DNA from: Patescibacteria group bacterium
GTDB taxonomy: Bacteria > Patescibacteriota > Microgenomatia > Levybacterales > UBA12049
DNA: 64,000 nt
Assembly: GCA_023484045.1 (NCBI GenBank)
Contig: JAMDAA010000022.1
Location: 4,201-68,200 of the forward strand
Direction of reading: 5' to 3'
Part shown: piece after piece, positions 39,999 through 49,963 of the stretch
Layout: each line of letters opens with the position of its first letter
How positions within the stretch are numbered: position 1 is the stretch's first letter
The notes under the pieces: model-generated
The model's database searches: none
Seen by the model: the letters and a program-made list of their open reading frames with translations, nothing else
What the model was told of the DNA's origin: nothing
Position numbers and translations under genes: made by a program

Positions 39999-42896
39999 TT
40001 AATCTAAAACACTTTTTAAAAATTGTCCAGTATAGGATTTTTGATTTTTGGCGATTTCCTTTGGGGTTCCGGTCGCAACAACATATCCTCCTTTTTCCCC
40101 GCCTTCCGGTCCGAGGTCGATTATATAATCCGCATTTTTAATCACGTCTAAATTGTGTTCGATCACGATTACTGTGTTTCCGAGATCGACGAGTTTTCGT
40201 AATGTAAAAAGTAATTTCTCGAGATCTGCAAAATGGAGTCCGGTCGTCGGTTCGTCTAGCAGGTAGATCGCGTTTCTTCCTTTTTTCGATAAATTTGCGG
40301 CGAGTTTTACCCTTTGGGCTTCACCGCCCGAAAGTGTCGGTGCCGGTTGACCGAGTTTTATGTAGGAAAGACCAACGTCAGACAAAGTTTGAAGTTTATG
40401 GTAGAGCGCCGGAACGTACGAAAAAAAGCTTAACGCTTCGTTCACGCTCATTTGTAATATTTCGGCGATATTTTTTCCGTTAAATAGCACTTCCAACGCT
40501 TCTTTTGTGTACTGGAGACCGCCACAGGTTTCGCACTTTATGTATACATCAGGTAAAAACTGCATCTCGATTTTTATTTGACCTTCTCCTTCACACGTTT
40601 CACATCTTCCGCCTTTTACGTTAAAAGAAAATCTTCCAGGCTTAAACCCTCGTATTTTTGCTTCTTTAGTACTCGCAAAAAGGTCTCTAATATACGAAAA
40701 AGCTCCCGTATAAGTAATCGGATTACTTCTCGGAGTGCGACCGATCGGAGACTGATCGATTAAAAAAACATTCTTTATTTTTTCGAAGCCGTCGATATTT
40801 TTAAATTTTCCGGGTTTTTCCCGGTGATACGGACTTATTTTTTGCATCAACGAGTGATATAAAATATCGTGAACGAGTGTTGATTTTCCGCTTCCCGACA
40901 CACCCGTTACGACTACAAACTTATTGAGCGGAAATACAACGTCAATATTTTTCAAATTGTGCTGTGATGCACCAAATACAGTTATGGTATCGTATTCTTT
41001 TTGATCATTTTTTCTTAAAAAATCGATTTTTTTAGCGCCGGACAAATATTTTCCAGTCAGAGAATTTGGATTTTTTTTAAGTTCATCGATCGTTCCTTTT
41101 GCGACAATTTTTCCACCCTCAAGGCCTGCGGCCGGACCAAAATCAATAATATAATCTGAGTTTTCCATCATTTCTTTGTCGTGTTCGACAACCAACACGG
41201 TGTTCCCGATATCGCGAAGTTTTTTGAGTGTGTCGATTAATTTTTTATTGTCTTTTTGGTGAAGACCGATCGACGGTTCGTCTAAAACATAGAGTACACC
41301 GGTTAATCCGCTCCCGATCTGGGACGCGAGTCTTATTCTTTGTGCTTCTCCACCCGCGAGCGTCTGCGCGCCTCTGGAAAGCGTTAAATAATCCAAACCC
41401 ACGTCGACTAAAAAGGTTAATCTTTGCCGGATCTCTTTTAGTATTAATTTTCCGATCTCTTTTTCTCTGTTTGATAAAATTTTATCTAGTCCGTTTACGA
41501 ATCCGATGCAGTTATTTATCGGTGAGTCGCAGACATCGACGATCGATTTATTGTCGATCGTTATGGACAGCGCTTCTTTTTTGAGACGCGCGCCGTGACA
41601 ATCGTTACAAACCTCGTACCGCATAAATTTTTCGATTTCGGCTTTTATAAACATCGACTCGGACTCGTTATACCGCTTTTTTAATTCATTAATGATCCCG
41701 TAAAACGGTTCAAAAATTACTGTTTCTCTTCCCCACCGATTTTCCCCGTATACTTCATACTCTTTTTCGCCCGTTCCAAAAAGCAATAATTTCTTTTTAT
41801 CGTCGTGAAATTGCCCGATCCTCAGATTAAGCTGTATTTCGTTTTCAGCGCAGAAAATTTTAAAGGTTCTCGAAAACCACGTGTCTTGCTCAGTCATATT
41901 CGGGAATGGTAAAATTCCGCCTTCTGAAATCGTCAAATTCTTATTTAAAATTAAATCTTCATCAACACTCAAAATCGTTCCCAAACCGTTGCAGGTAGGG
42001 CACGCGCCGTGAGGAGTGTTGAACGAAAAGATTCGCGGTTCGATATCCGACATCGAAATGTTGCATACAGGGCAGGCAAATTTTTCCGAAAACAAGATGT
42101 CTTCTGTGCTTCTGGGTTTCTCGGGAATTTCGAATCCTTTATCTTTTATAATCGATGTGATCATTTCTCCGTTTCCAAATTTTAACGCTTCCTCGACGTC
42201 GCCGGAAATCCTGACTTTATCGGTTTTTTTTGTTAAAACAACAGAATCTACGACGAGATCGATCGAATGTTTGTTTGTTTTTATCAGTACAAACTCGTCT
42301 GTTAATGAAAAAAAATGTCCGTCGATCCGGACTTTTTTATAGCCTCTTTTTTTAAGATCCAAAAAAAGCTCGGAATATTCTCCTTTTCGATCCTTAACCA
42401 AGGGTGCTAGAATTAAAATTTTTATCCCGTACGATGGATAGGTCGTATTTTTAAGTAAGTCTAATATAGAATCTATAATTTGCTCTTTTGATAAATGAGA
42501 GATTTCTTTTCCGCAATTCGGACAATGAGGATGCCCGACTCTCGCAAAAAGTAATCGTAAGTAATCATAAATTTCAGTTACTGTTCCGACGGTCGACCTA
42601 GGATTGTGCGATGTCGATTTTTGATCGATCGAAATCGCAGGTGAAAGCCCTTCGATTAAATCTACATCGGGTTTTTTCATTACACCCAAAAATTGCCGTG
42701 CATAAGACGAAAGGCTTTCCACGTATCTTCTTTGGCCTTCCGCGTAAATCGTGTCGAAAGCGAGCGACGATTTTCCACTGCCCGAAATCCCCGTAAAGAC
42801 AACCAATTTGTTTTTGGGAATCTCAACATCAATGTTTTTTAAATTATGCTCACGCGCGCCTTTTATAATAATTTTATCCATAAAAAAATGAACCAT
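39999..42896 (-). CDS. uvrA: excinuclease ABC subunit A
   Basis: 965 aa. Two ABC ATPase modules ([10 protein letters not shown] and [10 protein letters not shown] Walker A, LSGGE signatures) and zinc-finger CxxC pairs. Confidence 0.95.
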   Translation of the reverse strand: MVHFFMDKIIIKGAREHNLKNIDVEIPKNKLVVFTGISGSGKSSLAFDTIYAEGQRRYVESLSSYARQFLGVMKKPDVDLIEGLSPAISIDQKSTSHNPRSTVGTVTEIYDYLRLLFARVGHPHCPNCGKEISHLSKEQIIDSILDLLKNTTYPSYGIKILILAPLVKDRKGEYSELFLDLKKRGYKKVRIDGHFFSLTDEFVLIKTNKHSIDLVVDSVVLTKKTDKVRISGDVEEALKFGNGEMITSIIKDKGFEIPEKPRSTEDILFSEKFACPVCNISMSDIEPRIFSFNTPHGACPTCNGLGTILSVDEDLILNKNLTISEGGILPFPNMTEQDTWFSRTFKIFCAENEIQLNLRIGQFHDDKKKLLLFGTGEKEYEVYGENRWGRETVIFEPFYGIINELKKRYNESESMFIKAEIEKFMRYEVCNDCHGARLKKEALSITIDNKSIVDVCDSPINNCIGFVNGLDKILSNREKEIGKLILKEIRQRLTFLVDVGLDYLTLSRGAQTLAGGEAQRIRLASQIGSGLTGVLYVLDEPSIGLHQKDNKKLIDTLKKLRDIGNTVLVVEHDKEMMENSDYIIDFGPAAGLEGGKIVAKGTIDELKKNPNSLTGKYLSGAKKIDFLRKNDQKEYDTITVFGASQHNLKNIDVVFPLNKFVVVTGVSGSGKSTLVHDILYHSLMQKISPYHREKPGKFKNIDGFEKIKNVFLIDQSPIGRTPRSNPITYTGAFSYIRDLFASTKEAKIRGFKPGRFSFNVKGGRCETCEGEGQIKIEMQFLPDVYIKCETCGGLQYTKEALEVLFNGKNIAEILQMSVNEALSFFSYVPALYHKLQTLSDVGLSYIKLGQPAPTLSGGEAQRVKLAANLSKKGRNAIYLLDEPTTGLHFADLEKLLFTLRKLVDLGNTVIVIEHNLDVIKNADYIIDLGPEGGEKGGYVVATGTPKEIAKNQKSYTGQFLKSVLD

Positions 42897-42993
42897 TAAT
42901 TATAATCGATATTTTTTAATCAAGCAACCCTCCCATAGAATTATCCAATTTTTAAAGTATTTGACAAAAGATTTTTTGTGATATAATACGCAA

Positions 42994-43665
42994 ATGGCAA
43001 AAGGTTCTGTAAAAAAATCAACTCAAAAAACATCGGTTTTAACAACACAAAAATCTCCTGAAGAAAATAAATCTTTTTTTAAGAAAGTAACGAGCAATAA
43101 AGTCATTTTAATTTTAGGTATTTTAATCATTATCGCGATCATATACTTAAAAAAGGATTTATTTATCGTCGCAACTGTAAACGGGCAACCGATTAGCAGA
43201 TTATCAGTAATAAACGAACTCGAAGGACAAGCCGGAAAACAAGTTTTAGACCAGCTCGTAACAAAATCGCTTATCCTTCAGGAAGCTAAAAAACAAAACG
43301 TGAATATCTCTCAAAAAGATATCGATTCTGAAATCGAAAAAGTAAAAAAAGAATTAGAAAAAAACGGTCAGTCGCTTGATCAATTGATGCAGTTTCAGAA
43401 TTTAACGAAAGAAAAACTCAATGAGCAAATAAAAATTCAGCTTATTATCGATCGTATTTTGGGAAAAAATATTACTGTTACAGACAAGGAAGTTAATGAT
43501 TATCTCGAGAAAAACAAAGACGTTTTAGATAAAAACAAAAGTCAGGACGAGTTAAAAGTAGGGATCAAAGATCAGATAAAACAGCAAAAATTATCTGACG
43601 AATTTAAAGCGTGGGTTACGCAACTTCAAACTAAAGCAAAAATCAACTACTACGTAAAGTTCTAA
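42994..43665 (+). CDS. membrane-anchored SurA N-terminal-domain-like chaperone
   Basis: 223 aa. One TM, then a helical Lys/Glu-rich domain like the SurA/PpiD N-terminal domain. No PPIase core. Confidence 0.4.
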   Translation: MAKGSVKKSTQKTSVLTTQKSPEENKSFFKKVTSNKVILILGILIIIAIIYLKKDLFIVATVNGQPISRLSVINELEGQAGKQVLDQLVTKSLILQEAKKQNVNISQKDIDSEIEKVKKELEKNGQSLDQLMQFQNLTKEKLNEQIKIQLIIDRILGKNITVTDKEVNDYLEKNKDVLDKNKSQDELKVGIKDQIKQQKLSDEFKAWVTQLQTKAKINYYVKF

Positions 43666-44014
43666 TCCTCAATTTTCTTTTCAGTGAGTCGGATCTTCGC
43701 TGCGGCTCCGAGATTCGAGACGGATCTCTCTTGGTCATTAAAAAATCCTCCAGAACTAAAATTCAGAGGATTTTTCAGTAAACCCAACGATACCTTGCAC
43801 AGACTGCGCGAATTCGTTGAAACCTTTCTTTCTATGAAGATTTTACCAGATTTAATATGGTGGCTGCAGCCAGAATTGGCCTCAAAAATGCCCGAGAGAA
43901 AAACATAACTCACTTTTGCTCCCTTGTTGTCTCTTTTAAATCTTGTTTATAAACCGATTTTTAATCCCAAATCATGTACAATAACAATTGTTAACTACTT
44001 TTATTTAGGATAAA

Positions 44015-44197
44015 ATGAAGCGGTCGAAACTTCTTACAATTAACCAAGTTGCAAAAATACTAGGGGTTATGTCACCAACTCTTAGACGTTGGGATAGAGA
44101 TGGTAAATTAAAAGCAATTAGGGTAGGAAATAAAAAAGGCGTTGGTGAAAGAAAATATCGCAGGGAAGATATTATTAAGTTTATAACGAAATCCTAA
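44015..44197 (+). CDS. small HTH DNA-binding protein (excisionase/MerR-like)
   Basis: 60 aa. LTINQVAKILGVMSPTLRRWDRDGKL helix-turn-helix. Confidence 0.5.
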   Translation: MKRSKLLTINQVAKILGVMSPTLRRWDRDGKLKAIRVGNKKGVGERKYRREDIIKFITKS

Positions 44198-44304
44198 ACA
44201 TATTCATTGTATATAATTGATAAAAATAGTATGTATAACTCATTTTTATACGAAAAAATGTTGACTATTGACATATAGATTATTTTTTGATACTATCTAA
44301 GCAA

Positions 44305-45516
44305 ATGATTCACTCTTTTACTTGCAAAAACTTTTATTCATTCCCTAAGAAAACAACCATTAGCTTTGTTGTTAATGAAAATGCTCCTGATAATAATGGA
44401 TATCTTAAAACTCCTTCAGGGGTGCGCCTTTCTAAGGCAGAAATTGTCATTGGTTCTAACGCTTCAGGGAAAACCAATCTTCTTAAAATAGTGCCGTTTT
44501 TAAAATGGATTATCCTTGACTCGTTTAACATAAATCCATCAGCACCCATACCGGTACAACCATTTATGTTTAGTGATTTAAAAAACAAACCAACAGAACT
44601 TTCTGTGGAGTTTGAAATTGATGGTAATATCTATCTGTACGAATTTGTTCTGAATAGCAAGAGAATCATATCGGAAAACCTTAAAGTTAAAAATAAAACT
44701 AAGAAACGTGTTACTTATAAAATGCTTTTTTCTCGAAATTGGGACGAAGAAAGCGAAAAATATAACTTTGAAGGCAAAAATTTCGATTTACCAAAAGGGT
44801 TTGAAAATTTACTTCGTTCAAATGCGAGTGTTATTGGTTCTGCTTCGCGATTGAACCATAAAGAAAGTCAAGAAATTGCAAAATATTGGCAACAAGTAGA
44901 GACAAATGTTATTGAAGCTGGTTGGATAGGCGATCATTTATTACTTAATGCGACTCAACAATTGCCAGAGGTATTTAACTTCTATAGCGAAAATGAGTCG
45001 TTAAAGAAGGAAGCTGAAAAGCTATTATCCCGTTTTGACCTGGGTTTAGCAGGATTTGAGATAGAAAAACAAAAACAGGAAAACGGTTTTTTACTTAATA
45101 TAAAGGCTACGCATTTATTGAATGGGCAAAAGCATTATCTTCCTGTTCAATATGAATCTTCGGGTACAAAACAGCTTTTTGTGCTTTTAAAGACAATTCT
45201 GCAGGTTTTAACTAAAGGTGGCGTAGCAATATTGGATGAGTTTGATGTTAATTTGCACCCGGAAATGGTTCTATCGCTTTTTGAATTATTTATTCAACCT
45301 GAAACCAATCCTAAAAATGCCCAAATATTATTTAGCACCCATAGCCACCTAGTCTTAAGCAAGCTAGACAAGTACCAGATAATTCTAACTGAAAAAAATG
45401 ATGATGGTGCAAGTGAATCCTGGCGTTTAGATGAAATGTCTGGAGTTCGTGCAGACGATAATTATTACTCAAAATATATTGCTGGTGCATATGGAGCCAT
45501 CCCAAAAATTAATTAA
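44305..45516 (+). CDS. AAA_21-type ABC/ATPase, AbiLi/RloA-like defence ATPase
   Basis: Walker A GSNASGKTN, Walker B AILDEFDVNLHP, ABC-like SSGTKQL. Promoter-like TTGACA..TACTAT immediately upstream. Confidence 0.7.
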   Translation: MIHSFTCKNFYSFPKKTTISFVVNENAPDNNGYLKTPSGVRLSKAEIVIGSNASGKTNLLKIVPFLKWIILDSFNINPSAPIPVQPFMFSDLKNKPTELSVEFEIDGNIYLYEFVLNSKRIISENLKVKNKTKKRVTYKMLFSRNWDEESEKYNFEGKNFDLPKGFENLLRSNASVIGSASRLNHKESQEIAKYWQQVETNVIEAGWIGDHLLLNATQQLPEVFNFYSENESLKKEAEKLLSRFDLGLAGFEIEKQKQENGFLLNIKATHLLNGQKHYLPVQYESSGTKQLFVLLKTILQVLTKGGVAILDEFDVNLHPEMVLSLFELFIQPETNPKNAQILFSTHSHLVLSKLDKYQIILTEKNDDGASESWRLDEMSGVRADDNYYSKYIAGAYGAIPKIN

Positions 45517-45527
45517 ATGGAAATACT

Positions 45528-46064
45528 ATGTCGAGAACAAATCCTTACAAGAAAAAAAGACGCTCGGCAAACAAGACAATTCTTATTTACAGTGAGGGAT
45601 TACATGAAGAAGTTTTCCTAAAGCACCTAAGAGGTTTATACTCCCAGAACAAAAATGTTGCAATTACTGTCAAAAAAGGTAAAGGCGGAACTGCTGATTC
45701 TCTTGTAATTCAGGCGAATAAAACATTAGGCGCCTTTGATAGAAGAGTCGTGGTATTAGATAACGATAAAAACAAATCCGAAATGCAAAAAGCTAGGCAA
45801 GAAGCAGAAAATAGAAAAATTGAATTATTCGAACATACACCTTGCCTTGAAGCGGTACTATTATCCATATTACGCAAAGGACAAAACTTCAAACAGAAAA
45901 GTTCCAGTTGGTGTAAACAAGAATTTGAATCAAAATATATTGATAGAAAAAAGAGAGGTGAAGTAGACGAATATGTAAAGCTTTTTCCTACGAGTCTACT
46001 GAATAAAGAAATTTCGAAAGTTGCCGAGTTAAAAAGGTTGATTTCTCTTATGCTTGGGGAGTGA
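45528..46064 (+). CDS. RloB/AbiLii-like (DUF4276, TOPRIM-like) partner protein
   Basis: 178 aa. N-terminus KKRRSANKTILIYSEGLHEEVFLKHL fits the RloB pattern (basic stretch plus ILIvcEG..tE). Lies 12 nt after the ATPase. Confidence 0.6.
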   Translation: MSRTNPYKKKRRSANKTILIYSEGLHEEVFLKHLRGLYSQNKNVAITVKKGKGGTADSLVIQANKTLGAFDRRVVVLDNDKNKSEMQKARQEAENRKIELFEHTPCLEAVLLSILRKGQNFKQKSSSWCKQEFESKYIDRKKRGEVDEYVKLFPTSLLNKEISKVAELKRLISLMLGE

Positions 46065-46078
46065 TTAGAAAGCTAAGT

Positions 46079-46208
46079 CTTCGATCCTTGTGGCCAAGAT
46101 GAATCACCAAATAAGTTTACCCTGAGCGAAGCCGAAGGGCTCCCTAACAGTAAGAGCCTGTCCTGAGCGAACGAAGTGAGTCGAAGGATACTTTCACCAC
46201 AAGGATCA
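46079..46208. repeat. intergenic palindromic repeat with CCTGAGCGAAGCCGAAGG motifs
   Basis: Inverted repeat GATCCTTGTGG...CCACAAGGATC flanks two copies of the CTGAGCGAA.CGAAG motif. The same motif occurs at 11158-11205 and 57851-57868. Confidence 0.45.
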
Positions 46209-46285
46209 TTCGGTAAATTGAGTATACCATAAATTTATTCCACCAAAAATTTGTGTTTATCCTATAAGGGTGATAAAATCCCTGC

Positions 46286-47428
46286 ATGAGTTTAGAAACA
46301 CAACCAGTTAGGTACGAAGATAGAGTTGCAACAGTTGTTGGTGGGCGTGGGCAACTAGGAAGCCGAATCGTCAAAGGTATTGATGGATTGGGCTTTAAAG
46401 AAGTAAGGGTTTGTGAAAAGGGAGATCCTTTTACTGATTTTATAAGATTGTCAACAGATCTATTTTTTGCTGTTGATGCAGATCAGGCAAAAGATATGCT
46501 TCACTCAACGCGCGATCTATTGCAGCCACAACATTCTATTCTTGATGGTTCAAGCGTGAAATCACCTTTAATTTCTCTTTATCGAGAATTAGATAATATT
46601 GGCATTAGCGTCTGTTCTACACATTTAGGAGCTGTTCCTGCTCAACCTTGGCGAGGAGTAAAAGTATGGGTTTGTGAAGTTGGCCAAAACTCAGAAAATG
46701 CTAAAAGACTAGCTGTAGATTTATTTTTAGCCAAGAACACATCAATCCAGCAAATCGATATTGAGGATCATCAGAAAGTAGAACAAGATCAATGGTTTAC
46801 TTTTGCTGTTATGCATATTTTTGCTGCAGCTCTGCGAAAATACGGGCTTCCTTTAGAAAGATTTAATGCTTTTGCGACTCTCAATGCAGAACTTGCGACA
46901 CTCCCTTTAGGCCGAACTCTTGGCCAAGGAACAGTTGTTCCATCGGAAGTTTTGCACAGTCAACCCCGAAAGAAAGAGTTTTTTGATGAAATCAGCGCAG
47001 CCTTAGAAGAGTTAAGAGGAAGTTTAGATGATAGAGAAAAGTTACAAGAATTTATGGGACGGAATATTGAATTTCATAATAATCCTACAGGAGTTGTAAA
47101 TTCGGTGTTTAAGAAAGCAGGTATTGTGGGAGCACGAAATGCCAATCTTCGTATGTATGCTTTTAGTTTCCGCACAACTGACGATAGACCAGGAAAACTA
47201 CGGGAGCTGCTTCGTCCATTTTATAATGAGGGTACTAATCTTACTGCAATTGATTCAATGCCTGGAGTAATTACACCTGATGAAGAGCAGCGGGGAGTAA
47301 ACTCAGACAATATTGTGGATTTTGACATAGGTATCGATCCTAAAACAATCAACCCTCAAAAGGCAGAAAGAATAAAGGAAAGATTAAGAGAAATGGGATG
47401 TGTAATTGATAACAGACAAATAATTTAA
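46286..47428 (+). CDS. tyrA: prephenate/arogenate dehydrogenase (TyrA-like) with C-terminal ACT-like domain
   Basis: N-terminal Rossmann VVGGRGQLGS, ILDGSSVKSPLI, IEDHQKV...AVMHIFAAAL. C-terminal FRTTDDRPGKLRELL fits the ACT fold. Confidence 0.55.
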   Translation: MSLETQPVRYEDRVATVVGGRGQLGSRIVKGIDGLGFKEVRVCEKGDPFTDFIRLSTDLFFAVDADQAKDMLHSTRDLLQPQHSILDGSSVKSPLISLYRELDNIGISVCSTHLGAVPAQPWRGVKVWVCEVGQNSENAKRLAVDLFLAKNTSIQQIDIEDHQKVEQDQWFTFAVMHIFAAALRKYGLPLERFNAFATLNAELATLPLGRTLGQGTVVPSEVLHSQPRKKEFFDEISAALEELRGSLDDREKLQEFMGRNIEFHNNPTGVVNSVFKKAGIVGARNANLRMYAFSFRTTDDRPGKLRELLRPFYNEGTNLTAIDSMPGVITPDEEQRGVNSDNIVDFDIGIDPKTINPQKAERIKERLREMGCVIDNRQII

Positions 47429-47480
47429 CTTATTTTTAGCTCGCTATATCAACCTAATCCCCAGTCTATTTTACAACTAT

Positions 47481-47500
47481 CTGGTGAGCCGGACAGGATT
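47481..47500 (-). other. duplicated 3'-end fragment of tRNA-Lys(TTT), T-loop to CCA
   Basis: ctggtgagccggacaggatt is identical to 56109-56128, the 3' end of the intact tRNA-Lys. Confidence 0.7.
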
Positions 47501-47556
47501 GCACTCCGCTAAAGCTTCGAGCAACTAGTTTTCCTGTTCGATATCTTTCTCTAAAG

Positions 47557-47808
47557 CTACATTTCTAGATTCAAAAATCTTTTCTTCATAAATGCGATGC
47601 CTGATCCTGTTTTAAGGTATCGTTCAAATGCCAATGCTTGCCTTTTTGTTTTAAACGCACAATGCCATTCAAGTTGATAATTCAAGTTTGATTTAGTAGA
47701 AAGAACTTTACCTGTCGAGTGTTTTTTTAGACGATTTTTTAAATCAGGGGTATATCCAACATAGTATCTGTTAGTGATGTTATTTCTTAAAATGTAAGTA
47801 TAATACAT
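47557..47808 (-). CDS. small GIY-YIG nuclease-family protein (copy 1)
   Basis: 83 aa. YYTYILRNNITNRYYVGYTPDLKNRLKKH carries the GIY and YIG elements, plus a downstream conserved Arg/Glu. Confidence 0.75.
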   Translation of the reverse strand: MYYTYILRNNITNRYYVGYTPDLKNRLKKHSTGKVLSTKSNLNYQLEWHCAFKTKRQALAFERYLKTGSGIAFMKKRFLNLEM

Positions 47809-47846
47809 TTTAGACAGCTTGCTATCTGTAGCTTTAGCGAAAGATA

Positions 47847-47986
47847 GTGAACGTTTACGAAAAAATTCGAACCTATTTTAAAAATTAATTACGTCTTGCG
47901 TCAGCTCCTCGCTCGTCCGGCTTCGCCGTCCTCGCTTCGTCGCTATTTCGCTTTCGGCGCGGCGCCCCCACCCGCCGCGCCTCCGC
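47847..47986. repeat. inverted repeat A (about 140 bp), partner A' at 54285-54423
   Basis: The reverse complement matches 54285-54423 with at least one mismatch. The GC-rich body contains the T-loop-like aataggttcgaat. Confidence 0.8.
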
Positions 47987-48720
47987 TCATTTTTTGCGCG
48001 CGCGATTTTCGGGAACTTCGTTCCCCTATAATACCACAAACTGAATCGGCCAAAATGGTGGAAATTGGCCGATTCCAAGTACAAAAACTTCCGGTTCCAC
48101 CACTTTTTTGGTTCTCGCCAAGCCAAACGAAAGAACGAACTGAAGATTTTTCCGGCGGTTCCCGCCGGTTTTTTTGTTTCGCCCCTTCCAAACACTTTAC
48201 TATTGTAGAAGAGTACAAGAGTAGAAGATTAAAGTAGAGGTTATCAAATTTCTATCAACCCACCCACCCGACTGAAATTGTTGGCGGCGACCCCATTCAT
48301 CGCGCGCTGGGCGCCCTAGGGGGCGCCTGCGACAACGGTTTTACTTTTCTAAGAGTTCCTACAGCGCGTCCCTCGCCCCGCTGCGGCGGGGCTTGTCTTT
48401 AGTTTTGACTTTTAAGGCTCGCGCGTTCTGGGGTGTCCGCTTTTCGCCCCCGCCTTCTTTATTTGACCCCTTCCTGCTATTCAGGGCTCGGGTTCACGCT
48501 TAAGGAAATAAACTTTAGAACCCTCGCTCCTGATCCCAATGGCTCGCCCCGCGTTTTCTTTCCCTTAAAGATTATCAAGCGGGGCTCGCGTTAGTCGGGA
48601 ACGCTCGTTAAAGTAAGTGGTAACTCGAAGGGTTTTCTGTCGCGTTCCCTCCTTTTTAGCTGGGTGCTATTGAGGGGGCGGGGGCGGCGGAGCCGCCAAC
48701 AACAAAATGAAAAAAAAAGA
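47987..48720 (+). ncRNA. GC-rich ORF-poor region with many stable hairpins; candidate large structured ncRNA (strand uncertain)
   Basis: About 60% GC against a ~35% background. Only overlapping short ORFs on both strands. Hairpins GGGAACuucgGTTCCC, GAATCGGCCAA..TTGGCCGATTC, GGCGCCCuagGGGGCGCC, GCCCCGCugcgGCGGGGC, GGCGGagCCGCC, and a terminator-like CCGGCGGttcCCGCCGG followed by T7. Confidence 0.4.
48152..48176 (+). terminator. intrinsic-terminator-like hairpin inside the GC-rich region
   Basis: CCGGCGG ttc CCGCCGG followed by TTTTTTTG. Confidence 0.45.
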
Positions 48721-48753
48721 TTTTCTTGTCCCATTTTGATACACTGTTAATAT

Positions 48754-49911
48754 ATGGCTGATGATATTCCCCAAGATCAGACACAAACAACGGAGACAAC
48801 AAGCCCAACAGTTCCACCAACTGACCAACCGCCAGTGGAAACTTCACCAGTGCAACCAACATCAGAACAATCATCAACAAATACAGTTTCTTCAGAAACT
48901 CTAAATATTCCTAATCCTGAACCAGTTGCTCCCGCAACTCCCGAACCACAAACACAACCCGCCGAAGCTAAAACAGAAACTCCTGCACAAATAGAAACAC
49001 AACCGCCTGTTTCTCCTCCTGTTTTTGATATTCCGGCATTACATTTTCCGTTCTCCGGTAATTTTCCAGTGACTTTTTCTTGTGGTCAGCAATCAGATAA
49101 CGAAGAAATCAAAAAGAAATTTCAGGAGTGGGGAATTGTTGGCCACAATGGTTTAGATTTTGGATTAACTTCTGGAACCGAAGTTTATCCATGTGATTCT
49201 GGAAAAGTTGTCCAGTCAGGAGATAACGGCGATTTTGGAACATCAATCACTATTCAACATTCGTGGGGACAATCAATTTACGGACATCTTCAAGAAACTA
49301 GAGTCAAAGAAGGCGACGAAATTCAAGTCAACAACGTAATTGGTCTTTCCGGTTCTTCCGGTGCCGCATTTGGTGATCATCTGCATTTTGCCATCAAACC
49401 AAACAATCCTGATTTAAATAATGGTTATCTTGGTTTTATCGACCCTGCGCCTTATTTATCTTTACCATCTCAAAAAGAAGAAACAACCGAAACACCACCA
49501 ATTCAAACCCCACCCGTTGAAGAACAAATGCCGCTGGAAGAAATTAAACCACCGGAACCAGTTATTCATCAAGAAGAGCCGACAATTAACATTGAGCCGG
49601 AAAAACCAGCAGAACAATCCCAAATTCCTCAACCGAGCAATGAAGAAATTCAAAAACAAGTGGATGAAAAACTAAAAACAGAGTTAGATGCCAGAAGATT
49701 AAAAGCTAATCAGGCCAGACAAACAAAGAGAGAAGAAAATTTAATGAAGATTGAAAAACTAATCGAGGAGAAAAAACTAATTAACAATGACGATGTACGA
49801 GAACTTCTTCATGTTTCCCAATCTACAGCCACTAATTACTTAGAGGATTTAGTAAAACGAGGAACAATTAAACTCAATGGCAAGGGTAAAGCAACGATTT
49901 ACAGTTATTAA
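48754..49911 (+). CDS. M23 (LytM-type) peptidase with Pro/Thr-rich N-terminal region and C-terminal winged-helix-like domain
   Basis: HNGLDFGLTSGTEVY...GHLQE...GDHLHFAIKP M23 motifs. N-terminal PT-rich low complexity. C-terminal VRELLHVSQSTATNYLEDLVKRGTI is HTH-like. Confidence 0.75.
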   Translation: MADDIPQDQTQTTETTSPTVPPTDQPPVETSPVQPTSEQSSTNTVSSETLNIPNPEPVAPATPEPQTQPAEAKTETPAQIETQPPVSPPVFDIPALHFPFSGNFPVTFSCGQQSDNEEIKKKFQEWGIVGHNGLDFGLTSGTEVYPCDSGKVVQSGDNGDFGTSITIQHSWGQSIYGHLQETRVKEGDEIQVNNVIGLSGSSGAAFGDHLHFAIKPNNPDLNNGYLGFIDPAPYLSLPSQKEETTETPPIQTPPVEEQMPLEEIKPPEPVIHQEEPTINIEPEKPAEQSQIPQPSNEEIQKQVDEKLKTELDARRLKANQARQTKREENLMKIEKLIEEKKLINNDDVRELLHVSQSTATNYLEDLVKRGTIKLNGKGKATIYSY

Positions 49912-49963
49912 CCCAACATTCAACAACAACAAATATACTCAAGTAATATTTCTATCCAATTAT

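Noticed and set aside
47878-48237. Three overlapping ORFs (105, 113 and 91 aa) on both strands inside the GC-rich block
   Set aside because: They overlap each other on both strands, have extreme Arg/Ala/Gly/Pro composition typical of translated GC-rich non-coding DNA, and have no RBS. Treated as non-coding.
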